A model generated the notes under the pieces. It searched no databases. It had not been told where the DNA came from and was given only the letters and a program-made list of their open reading frames with translations. Source: the human T2T-CHM13v2.0 reference genome, Homo sapiens. Taken from it: a stretch of 64,000 nucleotides of DNA. Below are positions 52,606 through 64,000 of this stretch, in pieces; position 1 is the first letter of the stretch; each line of letters starts with the position of its first letter. Both the position numbers and the translations under genes were made by a program. The stretch lies in the NCBI RefSeq assembly GCF_009914755.1, contig NC_060944.1; one strand, 5' to 3'.

Positions 52606-52920
52606 GCTGGGTGCAGTGTCTCATGCTTGTAATGAGCCACTTTGAGAGCATGTTGGGCTGCTTGTAATGAGCACTTTGGGTGGCCGAGCTGGGAGGATCA
52701 CTTGCTTCCAGGAGTTCAAGACCAGCCCGGGCAACGTAGTGAGACCTAGTCTCTACAAAAAATCAAAAATCAGCCAGGTGTGATGGTGTGTGCCTGTAGT
52801 CCTCAGGAGGCTGAGGTGGGAGGATCACTTGTGGCTGGGAGGTTGAGGCTATAGTGAGCCAAGATCACACCACTGCACCCCAGCCTGGGTAACAGAGTGA
52901 AACCCTGTCTCAAAAAAAAA
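52606..52920 (+). mobile_element. Alu (AluJ-like) with a short internal duplication
   Basis: Dimer, A-tail, AACTCCAA on both flanks; GCTTGTAATGAGC(C)ACTTTG occurs twice. Confidence 0.88.
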
Positions 52921-53565
52921 GAAGGAACTCCAAATATGCTTCTCTTTTTCTCTTCATTGGCTGTTATCCCCATTCTGCAAAAAACAAACCTCCAAAAATC
53001 CCTTTACTAACATCAGAAATGGAATTTTAACTTTTTCTTCTGTTTTGTTTGCTCACAACAGCAACCCTCCTCCACTTCTTCCCATCAAGTTAGGGGAAGG
53101 ACAGAGACATTTTGGTGCAAAAGAGATGAAAAGTTTATTCATATTTTTCCATTGCCCATGTCATGAAATTCATCCTAAAAGCAGTACGGGTTTGAGAAAG
53201 TAAAAGTTCCCCAGAGGTAAAGGAACACGTGGACAGGGATGTGTTGTGGGCCACAAGAATCTCACAGTCCCAGATAGAGGGTTCAGGTGGCCGTGGGGCA
53301 CTCCAGCCAGGGGCCTGCTATTGAGGGTAAGGCCAGGATGGGACTGAGAGTGGACAAGACAAAGACAAGCCTTGGGTTTCCAGAACAGCACACGTCTCAA
53401 GTATAAGCTGTGGAGCTGGCTGCTGAAGCTGTTGCTTTTTCATTCTAGAGGGGAGATGTGGAATCACTGCTACTCAGAGTTGCGTAGGCAGATGCCTTTT
53501 CCAAAGCCTAACTCTGCTTTGGAAGCCTAGCTTGTCAGAAGCCTAACTCTAACCCTCTCTTACAG

Positions 53566-53631
53566 ATCCGGCTGAATAGCAGGGGGCTGATCTACTCCGT
53601 AGGCTTGCTCCTGGCCTCTGTTTTTGTCACG
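53566..53631 (+). CDS. SLC24A3: SLC24A3 exon (probable exon 16), IRLNSRGLIYSVGLLLASVFVT
   Basis: ctcttacag|ATCCGG...GTCACG|gtaggt; 66 nt, phase 0/0. Confidence 0.93.
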
Positions 53632-54724
53632 GTAGGTTGGCAGCTCTCTCCTCGTACTTGTGTTTGCCTGTTCTTTCCTCCCCTTGGTTTCTTTGGAGAC
53701 CAGATGAGCTTGGTCTCCTGGTGACTGGGTACAAGCAACCTCCTTGTCCCATCTCCTGGCTCTTTCTTCTAGAAGTGAGTCCTAGCAACCCACTAGAACA
53801 CCTTCTCCCTTTCTGAAAGAAGCCAGCCTTCCTCTCAAAGGCATGGCCCTATCTTACATAGAAAGCAAACCATTTTCCCAAACACAAAGAGAAGATCCCA
53901 CTTTGTCTGCAATATGAGTCATGGAAAGGTAGATTCCAATTCATTGATTGTTCCAGGTTCCCATACGAATCCATGAATTTGACTAATACTTGGAAACTAA
54001 AAATATATTTTATTGACAGTACATTTTGAGGCCATTCCACTCTCTCAGCCATTACGCCCACTTGCGTACTTTAATATTCCCAACTCAACTGTTGTGTTTG
54101 GAACAAGTTCACACCAACGCATGGACTCATCCACATGAAGCATCCATTAACATACAAATATGCTGTTGGCATTAAGAAGCATTGAGACACAATATGTTTT
54201 TTCCTTAATTATTCAAGGAAATAGTCATTGAGTTACACCTGGCATGTTGTTAGCATAAATATGCCAGAGAATGGGAATTCAGAAGGACAGGCAGGAAGCA
54301 AAATAAGTAGTTTACAGGATCAGGGTGTGAATTGAATGTCAAGATTTCACCAAAGCTAATACTGCCTTATACAAAAGTGCAAATCGACATCATTCATGCT
54401 CTTATGGTTTAGGAGGTCCTGCAGTTCTGCTATGACTTGGAGTGGTGATATTTGTAATAGCCACACGCCGTACTTAATGTTTTGTATACATATCTTCCCA
54501 TTTGGAGCTCATCATGCCCCCCATGAGGTTCACTAAGATCAGCCTATTATACAAATGAGCGACTGAGGCCTAGAGGAGCTAATTGACTCCTTTTTATTGA
54601 CACCAAGTGAATGGAGGAACAAGCATCTGACACCAGGGTGCACAATCATAGCTACGGTGCATCTTTTTAGGCTATGCTATAGTTATACCATCTACAGGAG
54701 ACCTGGCTAACCACTAACTGGGCT

Positions 54725-55400
54725 GTCAAAATGAGGTTACCAAAATGCTGAAGAGAGGCAGGTTTGGGGGAGGAAAAGCAATTTTAAACATCTTAAGTTT
54801 GCAATGCCTGTTTGACATCCAAGGGAAGAGGTCAAGAAAGCCATTGGAAATATAAGTCTGAGTTCACGAGAAATGTTCAGTCTAGAGACACCATAGTGTA
54901 GATGGTATTTAAAGCCCTGCAGTTGGGAGAGATCTCCAAGGGAATGAGTGTACACAAAAGAGAGAAGAGCCCCAAGATCTCAGTGTTGAGGCAGTCTGAT
55001 GCTTACAGGTCAGGATGATAAGGAAGAAACACCAAAAGAAACAGAAGGAACAGTTTGGAGATGCGGGAATAAAACCACGAGAGTGCAGGGTCCTGGAAGC
55101 CACCTGCTGGAGGGTTTTCCAGGTGGAGGGAGCTATTGGCTGAGTCAGGGAGAGGAGCCCTGAGCATTGGCCATGGGAGTTAGCAATGCAAAACCATTGG
55201 TGCTAATGAGAGGGTAGTGCTGTGGAGTCAAGTGGAATAAGTTAATAGAGAATGAAAGGAGAGAGATTGGAGACCGTGGGCAGACATTCACAACTCTTTC
55301 ATGTTATCTGACTGTAAAGAAAGGAGAAAAACGGAAATTCAGGAAAAAAAGTGTTATTTTAAGATGAATAAGATAACAGAATCTTTGTATGCCAATTAGA
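54725..55400 (-). mobile_element. L2 remnant
   Basis: aagtttgcaatgcctgtttgacatccaaggg...tagatggtatttaaagcc; approximate. Confidence 0.6.
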
Positions 55401-57032
55401 ATAATCCAGGGATGGAGTTGGGGCATGTGCTAGAGGAGAGGGAGTTGCTGGAACCAGGTCCTTAAGAAGGGTGGGAGATGGGATCTGGGGCATGCAGGGT
55501 GGAGTTGACCTCACTGCCAGGAGAGAAGGCAGGGAGGTGGGGTTGGGAGCTCTGTGCCGTGGGGATAAGTGAGGACGGGGAAGTGAGTGTCGGAGATTGG
55601 AAGAAAGGGGAGAGGTGTGAAGTAGCCGTCTGGGGAAGGGAGAGACAAGGGACTAGGGAAGGATGAGATGCCTGCTGAAAAGCATGAATGACCCACTTAA
55701 TGTCAGTGGTCTCTAATTTAAAATAAGACCCATCCGCATGGCTGACCGATTTCCTCCAACCCTGATGGACAGCTGCGTGGATGCAGCATGAACCAGATTG
55801 GGACTTGGCTTGAACTGAAGGGCTATGGCTTAGCCAAGCAAGGACAACCAAGCAAGAGAGAGGCCAGGGAATCAGGGTGGATGCCCCGGAGTGACTCCAG
55901 CGAGTGTGGGTGGAATTGAATCAGAGGAAGGAGAGAAGGAAACGGGCAAAGTGGGTGAAGCCTAGAGAAGTGGTGATGGTATCAATGAGGTGTGGGCTAT
56001 GGGCATTTGCAGAGTTGTGGGAGCTGGGGAATCAGGCGGAGTAAGCTAGAAAGGAAGAGATTTGAGTCAGAAAGTGGGATGAGTGACACTAAGATAAGAC
56101 AAGACAGATGCTTCTGTCACTGCCAATAGCAACATCTAGGCCCCAGTGCCACCCAGCAGACCTTTCTGCAGTGAAATGGCCTGCACCTGGGCTGGACAGT
56201 ACCACTGGCTATGGTTGGCTGTAGCACTTGAAATGTGGAGCTGTGTTTTAATTTTATTTCATTTAAATTTGGGTAGCACATAGGCTGGTGGGTGTGAGTG
56301 GCTGAGGCCAGATGAAGGATGAGGACTTGATGGGGCAGGGTGTTGGAAAGACCCTCTCCCCTCTGGAGGCGTTGAAATCACAGAGAAAGTCAGCAGGAGT
56401 GCAGTGGAGAGTGGCAAGAGCCGGGCGGAAAGCTTCAAGGATAGGCAGTGGCCGGGGTTACATCGTTGGCTGCAACAGGCAGAACCAAGAGGAACTGTGG
56501 GAAGAACCGAGATTCCAGGCTCAGTGTTTTTAGGGAGGAGAGAAGGAAAATGGTCTGGAAGCAGCCATGACTTGCTGTGGGGAGGGAGGAACTTCCTCAC
56601 CTCCAGACGCAGCCGTAGGAAGAGATGCAGCCGCCACCGCCTGAGTACTGAGGGGTCAGTGTCCCCAGGGGAGTGGGGGCCTGCTTAAAGCAAGATGGGG
56701 AAGGCCCAGAACAGATGAAGGGCCCACAGGGGTGTGGAGTTGGAGCTTCGTGAAAGAGGGTTGGCTGCTGGGATGTGCTTGTGAGTCCTGCCATTTGTTT
56801 TAGTTATTTTTCTACAACCAGCAGCTTCTGGCTTCCTTTCTTCCTGATGTTGATGTTCTCACCTCCCACAATCTGAGACGAGAGGTGGATTTTGCAGGCT
56901 CAGAGAGGATCAGCACCCTGCCCGAGGCCCATAGTCAGCAGCCCTTCCCCGGGTCCCCTGGGTTCCCCTACCAACCCCCCAAAGGCTGCTGCCTCCTCCT
57001 GGTGCCCTCTGAACCTGTTCTGTGCCCTGCAG

Positions 57033-57182
57033 GTGTTCGGCGTCCACCTGAACAAGTGGCAGCTGGACAAGAAGCTGGGCTGTGGGTGCCTCCTCCTGTA
57101 TGGTGTGTTCCTGTGCTTCTCCATCATGACTGAGTTCAACGTGTTCACCTTTGTGAACCTGCCCATGTGCGGGGACCACTGA
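57033..57182 (+). CDS. SLC24A3: SLC24A3 last coding exon, VFGVHLNKWQLDKKLG...NLPMCGDH*
   Basis: ccctgcag|GTGTTCGGC...GACCACTGA; tail of ORF 56892..57182. Confidence 0.96.
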   Translation: MFGVHLNKWQLDKKLGCGCLLLYGVFLCFSIMTEFNVFTFVNLPMCGDH

Positions 57183-58940
57183 GCCGCCGGGTGCCCACAG
57201 AGGCTCAGCTCCTTCTTTTCTGTGCAATACGAGACCCGGCCGCACCCCGAGTCACACAGGCCCCCGGGGCCACGGCGTTCGTCTCTCCTGTGCTGTCCTC
57301 AGGCCTCCGCTCCTGTTTTGGTGGCCCAGGCTCTCCCCTGCCCCATCCTCGCTCCCCCACCTCCTTGGGTCATGCCCACCCACCCTTTCCTGCCTCCTCC
57401 GTGTGAAGACATCCAACATCCACGTGACTTTTCCAGCTCCATTTTTAAACAGTGACTGAGATTCTAGAAAAACTGGCTGCTAACTGGCCTGAGCCAGGCA
57501 ACACTGATTCCAATCCCTCCTCCTTTTTTAAGTTATTTGATGGAAGACTCACCTAATTTGTGACCTGAAACTGTTGAAGAAATAGAGAGGAGGGGGCCCG
57601 TTGATTACAGAGAGCATTTGGGATTTTGTTTGGTTTGGAGATGATGCCTAGGTTACTGGGTTTGGGGGGATTGTTTTCTTTTGGGGGCCTTCCCCTTTTA
57701 CTCCTTTTCTTCCAGAGATCAAGAGCTTCTCTTGCATCTTCTTCCACTGGGCTCTGGATTAATCAATTACCCAAAGGCTGCACCTGCCGTGTTGTCTGGG
57801 CTTGCATCCCAGATGTGTTGGAGTATGCATGGATGTAGTGCTTTTTAGAGGAGCCACTGGGCAAGGCCACCAAGAACAAATGCATGACATTTTATAGCCA
57901 AGGACGCCTCGCTAAAGTCTTATGGGCGTCCCCTGGGGTTGGGGGGGCACAAGGTTTTGGAGGAAGAAGACAACTTCCCTCATTCCATCATCACCATCTC
58001 TTTCTCACTAGGTTCTTTCTAGTTTTCAAGCAATAGTTCTAGCCTGCCTTGGACAAGGGGGCCCCAGTTAAACAAACTACCCATCCATGAGGTGCCAGGC
58101 AGTCAAAAACAGAAGCTTCCCCGACTTGTGAGTCCCTGAGATGTGCTCTTGTTGTTTGGCATTTGGGGTGACAGGGAGTGACCCAGAGGCCACCACTGCT
58201 TTTCATGCAGGAGTTACAGACACTGGTTTCTTGGAAAATGGAGAGAAGCGCACTTTGCACAGACGTCGTCAATTAAGTCCCAATTTGCCACTTGGTATTG
58301 AGTACACTGGACCCTGACCACTGGCTCTTGGGCAAACGTCCTTCCTCACGGGGCGCCTCCGCCAAGCCGGCCCAGCTGCACCCCTCCCTTCCTGGAGGGA
58401 TGGCCAGGGAAGGAGAAAACAGAGAACTGACACCTTTGAAACCACAGAATGTGTTACATGCAGACTCGCTCAAGGGCATAAGTTATTGTGAACGTTTTTG
58501 CCAATCACTGCTCAACAGCCCTGCTAGATTTTGTATGATGCTGAATTATTATGCAGACTAATTCCACCCAGTTGAGACACACCATGCTTGTTCACTTGTA
58601 TTTATTGAAACTGTGGATTCTTGCCCGTGCTGTCCCTTGTATTTACTTTAAGCACTGATCACTTATCATTCATTCGGTATGGTTTTCCCTGTCCCTTGTA
58701 CACATTCTGGTATGAATTTGTAAAAATAACCTGCTACAAATTGGTTGAATGTTTCTGTCTGTGGTGCGAACCAGCATTAACGGATGGGGCACGTGCCCAA
58801 CTGAGGAACAGGAGAAGAAATCACCAATTTGGGCTCTCAGAGCTAAGACACACTTATTGATTCTGTTGCACATTTTGCACTGGTTTATGGCGATTGTTTT
58901 CTTGGACGGATAGTGTAAAATAAACTTCTCTGTTCTCTAT
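57183..58940 (+). other. SLC24A3: SLC24A3 3'UTR (~1.75 kb); end approximate
   Basis: Repeat-free stretch after the stop codon, ending at AATAAA with a pyrimidine-rich downstream segment. Confidence 0.75.
58919..58924 (+). terminator. Polyadenylation signal AATAAA
   Basis: tagtgtaaAATAAActtctctgttctc; upstream TGTA motif; first canonical hexamer I saw after the stop. Confidence 0.75.
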
Positions 58941-60849
58941 CCTTCCCAGAGCAGAGTGCATTACTTTCTCCCCTGGAAAGCTGTGCATTTTTCATTGAGG
59001 AGAATGTATGGGAGGTAAAATGATTGTAGTCACTATGTGGCCAGGCATTTGCCACCTGCTGTTTCTGCGTTGCCTCACCTGGAAAGCTGGCGTACGTGTG
59101 GCAGATTACGAGAATGAAGTGGCCAGCTGTGGGTCCCCTCTAAATCTTGAAGGGACTTTAGGCCTATCATCCTGTCACAGAATTCCAGAACTCTACCCGT
59201 CCTAGAATACATTAGTTAAGAATTCATTCTTTCCATTGAACATGAGAGAAGGAGCATCACAGTACTGATGATGACATTCTGGAGTGGCCAAGTTCTCCAT
59301 TCTGTCTGATTTTAGTAGTTCTTAATCGTGAAAATTAAGATTTCCCCAAAGCTGATTCCTTAAAAGTGACAATAACATAGTTGTAATAAGCCATGATCTG
59401 ATTCTAGGTGATGCTCAAGAAATAACTACCCACATCTAAATTAGTAAACACAGAGAGCTAGGCTTCCACCAGAAATGCAGCATAATTCATTTATAAGAGG
59501 CAGAAGAAAAATAGCCACTAATCCACAGCACCAACTTTATTTAACTGTTGAAAAATATATATTCCCAAGGTGGGAGGAATACTAGATACTTAGCATGTTT
59601 TGAGTGTTTCCATCTTCAAATGTTTTATTACTATATTTGTATATTTTACAAATATACCCTGGACACAGGGCAGGGTATTTTCATTGTGCTGATCAGTGCC
59701 TACAAAGCATTAGATACTTTCATGTTAAGTATCTTGTTAAACTAGTCTTAATTAGTTTTACTTTTAATATTAAGAAAAGACATTTAGTCAGAAGCTTGAT
59801 TTAAAAAAATACATTTTCTATGAAATCTTTAGAAACTATAGTTCATGGCTGAATTTCTCAAAGTGAGAATTATGGGACAGCGTAGAGTTTTCATGCTTCC
59901 ATGCATAATAATTGCCAACCCAGGAACTGTGGGGGTTTCCTTTCTGAAATGAGAATTTAGCCTATTTCTGCCTAGAACTCAGGCATGCACAACTGTCTTG
60001 GGTCGTGAGTTGAGAATGGGGTTTGAAATGAGCCGGCTGTTCAGTGATGCCGGATTGCTGATATTGCTCTTTTCACGACTTCTGCTGAGCTGGGACTTAA
60101 GATGGGGCTGGGATAAGTTTGAGGAAAGAACCTTTGTCAATATCCCCAAACCTGACGATGTCTCCTAGAGAAACCCTCACGGCAGTTTTCTGAGCAGGCT
60201 GAACTCCCCAGGCCGCAGCCTCGTGCACAAGTGGGACGTCTTTCTGGCCTTGGCCAAGGGAAGATGGGCACTGGGGCTCACACTTGCTCCTGAGTGTGTC
60301 CTAGTGGCCCCCAACAGCTGGCACCTGGAGAAGACCCTCTGTTCCCAGAGATTCTGTTTCTACCTTGCTGAGAGTCACTGCCAGGAGGAGTCATTGAGGC
60401 CCTCAAGTGGCCTCAGATACACTGAGAGGTCACTATGAGGGGATATTTCCAGGCACAATGGAAAGATAGCATCTGCCCCTTCTACAGAAAACTGCTGGCT
60501 CTACCTTTTTAGTAATAGTTCACTTTTGTAGGCATATGTTTTGTATTCACCTCCAAAAGATACCTGGCATAGAGGGTAAGTGGATAGAAGCCATTTTATT
60601 TTCCTAGGTCTTTTGCTACAGACACTTATAGTTTACAGTCCTAGATTTGCATACTAGGGATCCGAGACTCTGTATAACTCAAGCAGCAAATTTGAGCTCA
60701 TTTTAAGCATTCCAGCTTCAAAGAAAAGCCTGAATGTTTAGAAAAAGGTAAGGAGTGATAACATTGTAAAATCCAGACCGTTTTACGTTGTGGTGTATAA
60801 AAATAAATGTAACCAAATAGTGTCCTAGAATTTTACCTAATTGTTCTTA

Positions 60850-61068
<219 letters not shown>

Positions 61069-62629
61069 TCAGATCGTTGGGAAAAATTAGAAGTGAGAAG
61101 TTGGTGATGACGATGATGCTTTTTCCGAGATTTATTTATTTTCACTTTTTTAAAGTAGAATAATTATCCCATTAACAGAATAATTATCCAGTTACGCTGA
61201 CCCATTTCCATCAACTATTTTGAAATAGATGAGATATTTTCATATTGGATTTTGTAAAGTCTCATACTAATTAATGAGTCTCATTTATTTTGTTATTTTC
61301 TGCAATGGCTGCCCATACTCACACACGTGTGTGCACACACATACACACACACACACCATCTATGTGATACCAAAACTCTGTATGAAGACAAGCCAGTGGA
61401 TTATTGAAATTTTTTCAAAAAAGTTCTTCCAACTCTCTATTATTATGCAAGAATAACAGAGGCGGATTCCGCAAACTTTTCTCTGATAAATAAAAAGCTA
61501 TATGTTCATTGTCTCGTCATCCAGAGATGTGGGCCCTGCTGAGATGCTGAAAAGTGAGGAGCTGGGGCTGTGGAGAGCAGAGAAGATTAGCAATGTACAT
61601 GAGATAGATAATGCCAGGCCCCAGAATTGATCTCACATTGAACTTTATGCTTACAACACAGGGCAGAGTAACAAAACTCCACCAAAGTTGTTCAGATGGC
61701 TTACTGTTACACTCAGGCCATTTATTTCTTTAATAACATGTACCCAGTAGTCCCATTAATTTAAGAAATTCTTACTAAACCTTAATGTAGCAAACATTCT
61801 TGCCACGTTACAGAGATTTAAACATAGTGAGTAGCCACAGTTAATACTCATGTTGGTCTTGGTCTTCGTTTTTGCAATAAGAAGGAGGGGAGGTAAGATT
61901 TAAAACTACAATTTTGGCTTTCACAGATGCCACATGAGGATTTTTCTACTTGAATGAATTTACATAAACATATGCATGTATACATAAATTATGTTTCTTC
62001 TTCATATAACTTCCCACTTACCCTATTTATCAAAAGCTGAATTTGGTGATGTCACATCTTCTGGTTTGTTGGGACAATCAATCCAGTAACTGATTCCAGA
62101 AAACTACACACAAAACTTGGAATGAAATGTGATGAGGAATTTCAGAATCCCTGCAATTGCTTTTTTCAGTGCTTCTGAGCCATGCTTATAAATCATTGCT
62201 TAAAAGAGATATGCTTGTGTGTGAAGGTGCTTCCAGTACAAAACTAATGTTTTTTAATTCTTGCAAAATAAAGTGTACTCCACTCAGTTTTACATCTTTA
62301 TTTTTGATGTGCCAAGTCAGACATTTCACTTCCTCCCATGATTAATGAAGGATGATTCATTTTTTAAAATACTACATACTAAATCTGTACTGTGTTTGGT
62401 CATCATAGCTCTAACCACCAATGAGTCTGAACCCAAATGCCCAGTGCTGTTTTCTTAGGAGAATGGATTTTGTCTGCTGGTTACAGATTTCTGATATACC
62501 AGTTCCAGCTTTTCTAAAAATGTATTGTCATAACATGTAGAACAGTTTTTTACAATTGCTTAAATATTCAATCCAACTTCACATGTGAAAAACATGTTTA
62601 CCTGCATTTATTCATCATATTATTTAATC

Positions 62630-62795
62630 AGTGTTTCCCAAACTGATGCATACGTCAGAATTATCTGGAGACTTCTGGGCCTCACCCCAGAGTTTCTAAC
62701 TCAGTAGACCCAAGGATAAGTCCAAGAATTTTCATTTCTCACCAATGCCCACACATTACCACTGTTGGGTCTAGAACTGACTTTGAGAACCACTG
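62630..62795. mobile_element. MER5A-like hAT element
   Basis: cagtgtttcccaaactg...tcagaattatctggag...ctttgagaaccactg. Confidence 0.7.
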
Positions 62796-63920
62796 GTCCA
62801 AATAATGTCCTTTGCCCATAAACCACATTTTTCTTACACCAGCCCCACCAGTATCATAGGTTTACAACTTATGAAAAGCATACATGCATACATGCACACA
62901 GATACTATTTCTTCCATTTTTCAGAATTATTTTTTCCTTCTACTTCCTGAGAGCTATGAATAGCTGAAAGTGGGAAAAGAGTATGTCTAATTCTTCATAA
63001 TCTCCATTTTCTACCATTCTGCAGTCTGTCTGTTCCCATCCCAAAAGAACTTTTAAATTAAAACTAAATCAGATGAAAGTAAATGATTTAAGATAAAGAT
63101 GCAGGAAAGCCAAAATTCTGTGTGGGATATTCACTCTGCAGAGATGGAAGCAGGTGACTACCAATTTCATTTAAGGTAAAAAGGATTTCATTATAAACTA
63201 CAAGAAAAAGTAATGTTGCATATAGGAGAAATTTTCTGCACATGAATTCATATTTGCATATTACAACCATGTGTAGCTAACCTTCTCATCTAAATGTGTT
63301 ATTTTGATGCAAATCAATCCAGCAAATATGTCATGGCTTAGAAAATAAATAATAGGCCTGCACAAGAGTGAGCCACCAAGTGCTTCAGATCATCACATGA
63401 AATGAGAGCGGCACACACCCCGCCACGCGTCTCTTGCCCGGGACTCAGAAACCTCCATGGACAGGCTGTGACCAAGGGTCAGCTCCCAAGTGGAAAATGA
63501 TTGAGACTCCCAGGTGAGAGACAGAGGCAGGCAAGACTTGTGTCTATGGCCAGACCTTAACTCGGGCATGGGCTCTTGCATTGTCTGCAAGAACTCAGAG
63601 GACACACTGGGCTCAAAATGACCTGGTAAAAGCCACATTTTTATAGAGTTCACTAAAAGTTTTGCTCTGAGTCAGGAAGTGGGTATAAATATTGGCAAGC
63701 GGAATCCAGGGTGGGCTAGGCAATGAGGAAGGGTGAAGTGTTCCTCTCTAGAAATAGAACATTTCACGCTTGGCCTGAGCCAGCAAAGGGGTAATCAGCC
63801 CAAAGGCAAAGAGGTGTGCGAATTCACCCTCAAATTTCTGGATGCTCCGAAAAACCAGTGTGGCTCTCTTCCCAGTGGTGGTATCACCAATCAAGAAACA
63901 TGGGCCAGCAGTAGGAGATC

Positions 63921-64000
63921 CTGCCTGTAATCTCAGCACTTTGGGAAGCCAAGGTGGGAGGATTGCTTGAGCCCAGGAATTTAAGACCAGCCTGGGCAAC
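63921..64000 (+). mobile_element. Alu fragment running off the window end
   Basis: gcctgtaatctcagcactttgggaagccaagg... Confidence 0.85.

Overview
Primate genomic DNA, most likely human; an SVA element restricts it to hominoids. The window holds the 3' part of SLC24A3 (NCKX3, K+-dependent Na+/Ca2+ exchanger 3) on the + strand. Ten coding exons (probably exons 8-17; numbering from memory of a 17-exon gene) were placed by hand from GT-AG boundaries. They splice in consistent phase into 1248 nt encoding FIYDEKVSW...NLPMCGDH*, followed by a ~1.75 kb 3'UTR with AATAAA at 58919. The introns carry a full-length antisense SVA with a 16-bp TSD, many Alus, L1/L2/MIR remnants, MaLR/ERV1 LTRs, hAT MER elements and simple repeats. 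Almost all other ORF-track ORFs are spurious. I found no evidence of a wholly new gene system. The most interesting signals are regulatory or mutational: an Alu TSD that duplicated a splice donor, a CFTR-like (TG)18/pyrimidine acceptor on a 26-nt exon, a CpG-rich CTCF site, a paired-CArG candidate smooth-muscle enhancer, a templated inverted insertion, a tailless Alu, candidate poison exons and clustered miR-17~92 seed sites. Repeat subfamily names are by eye and their boundaries are approximate.
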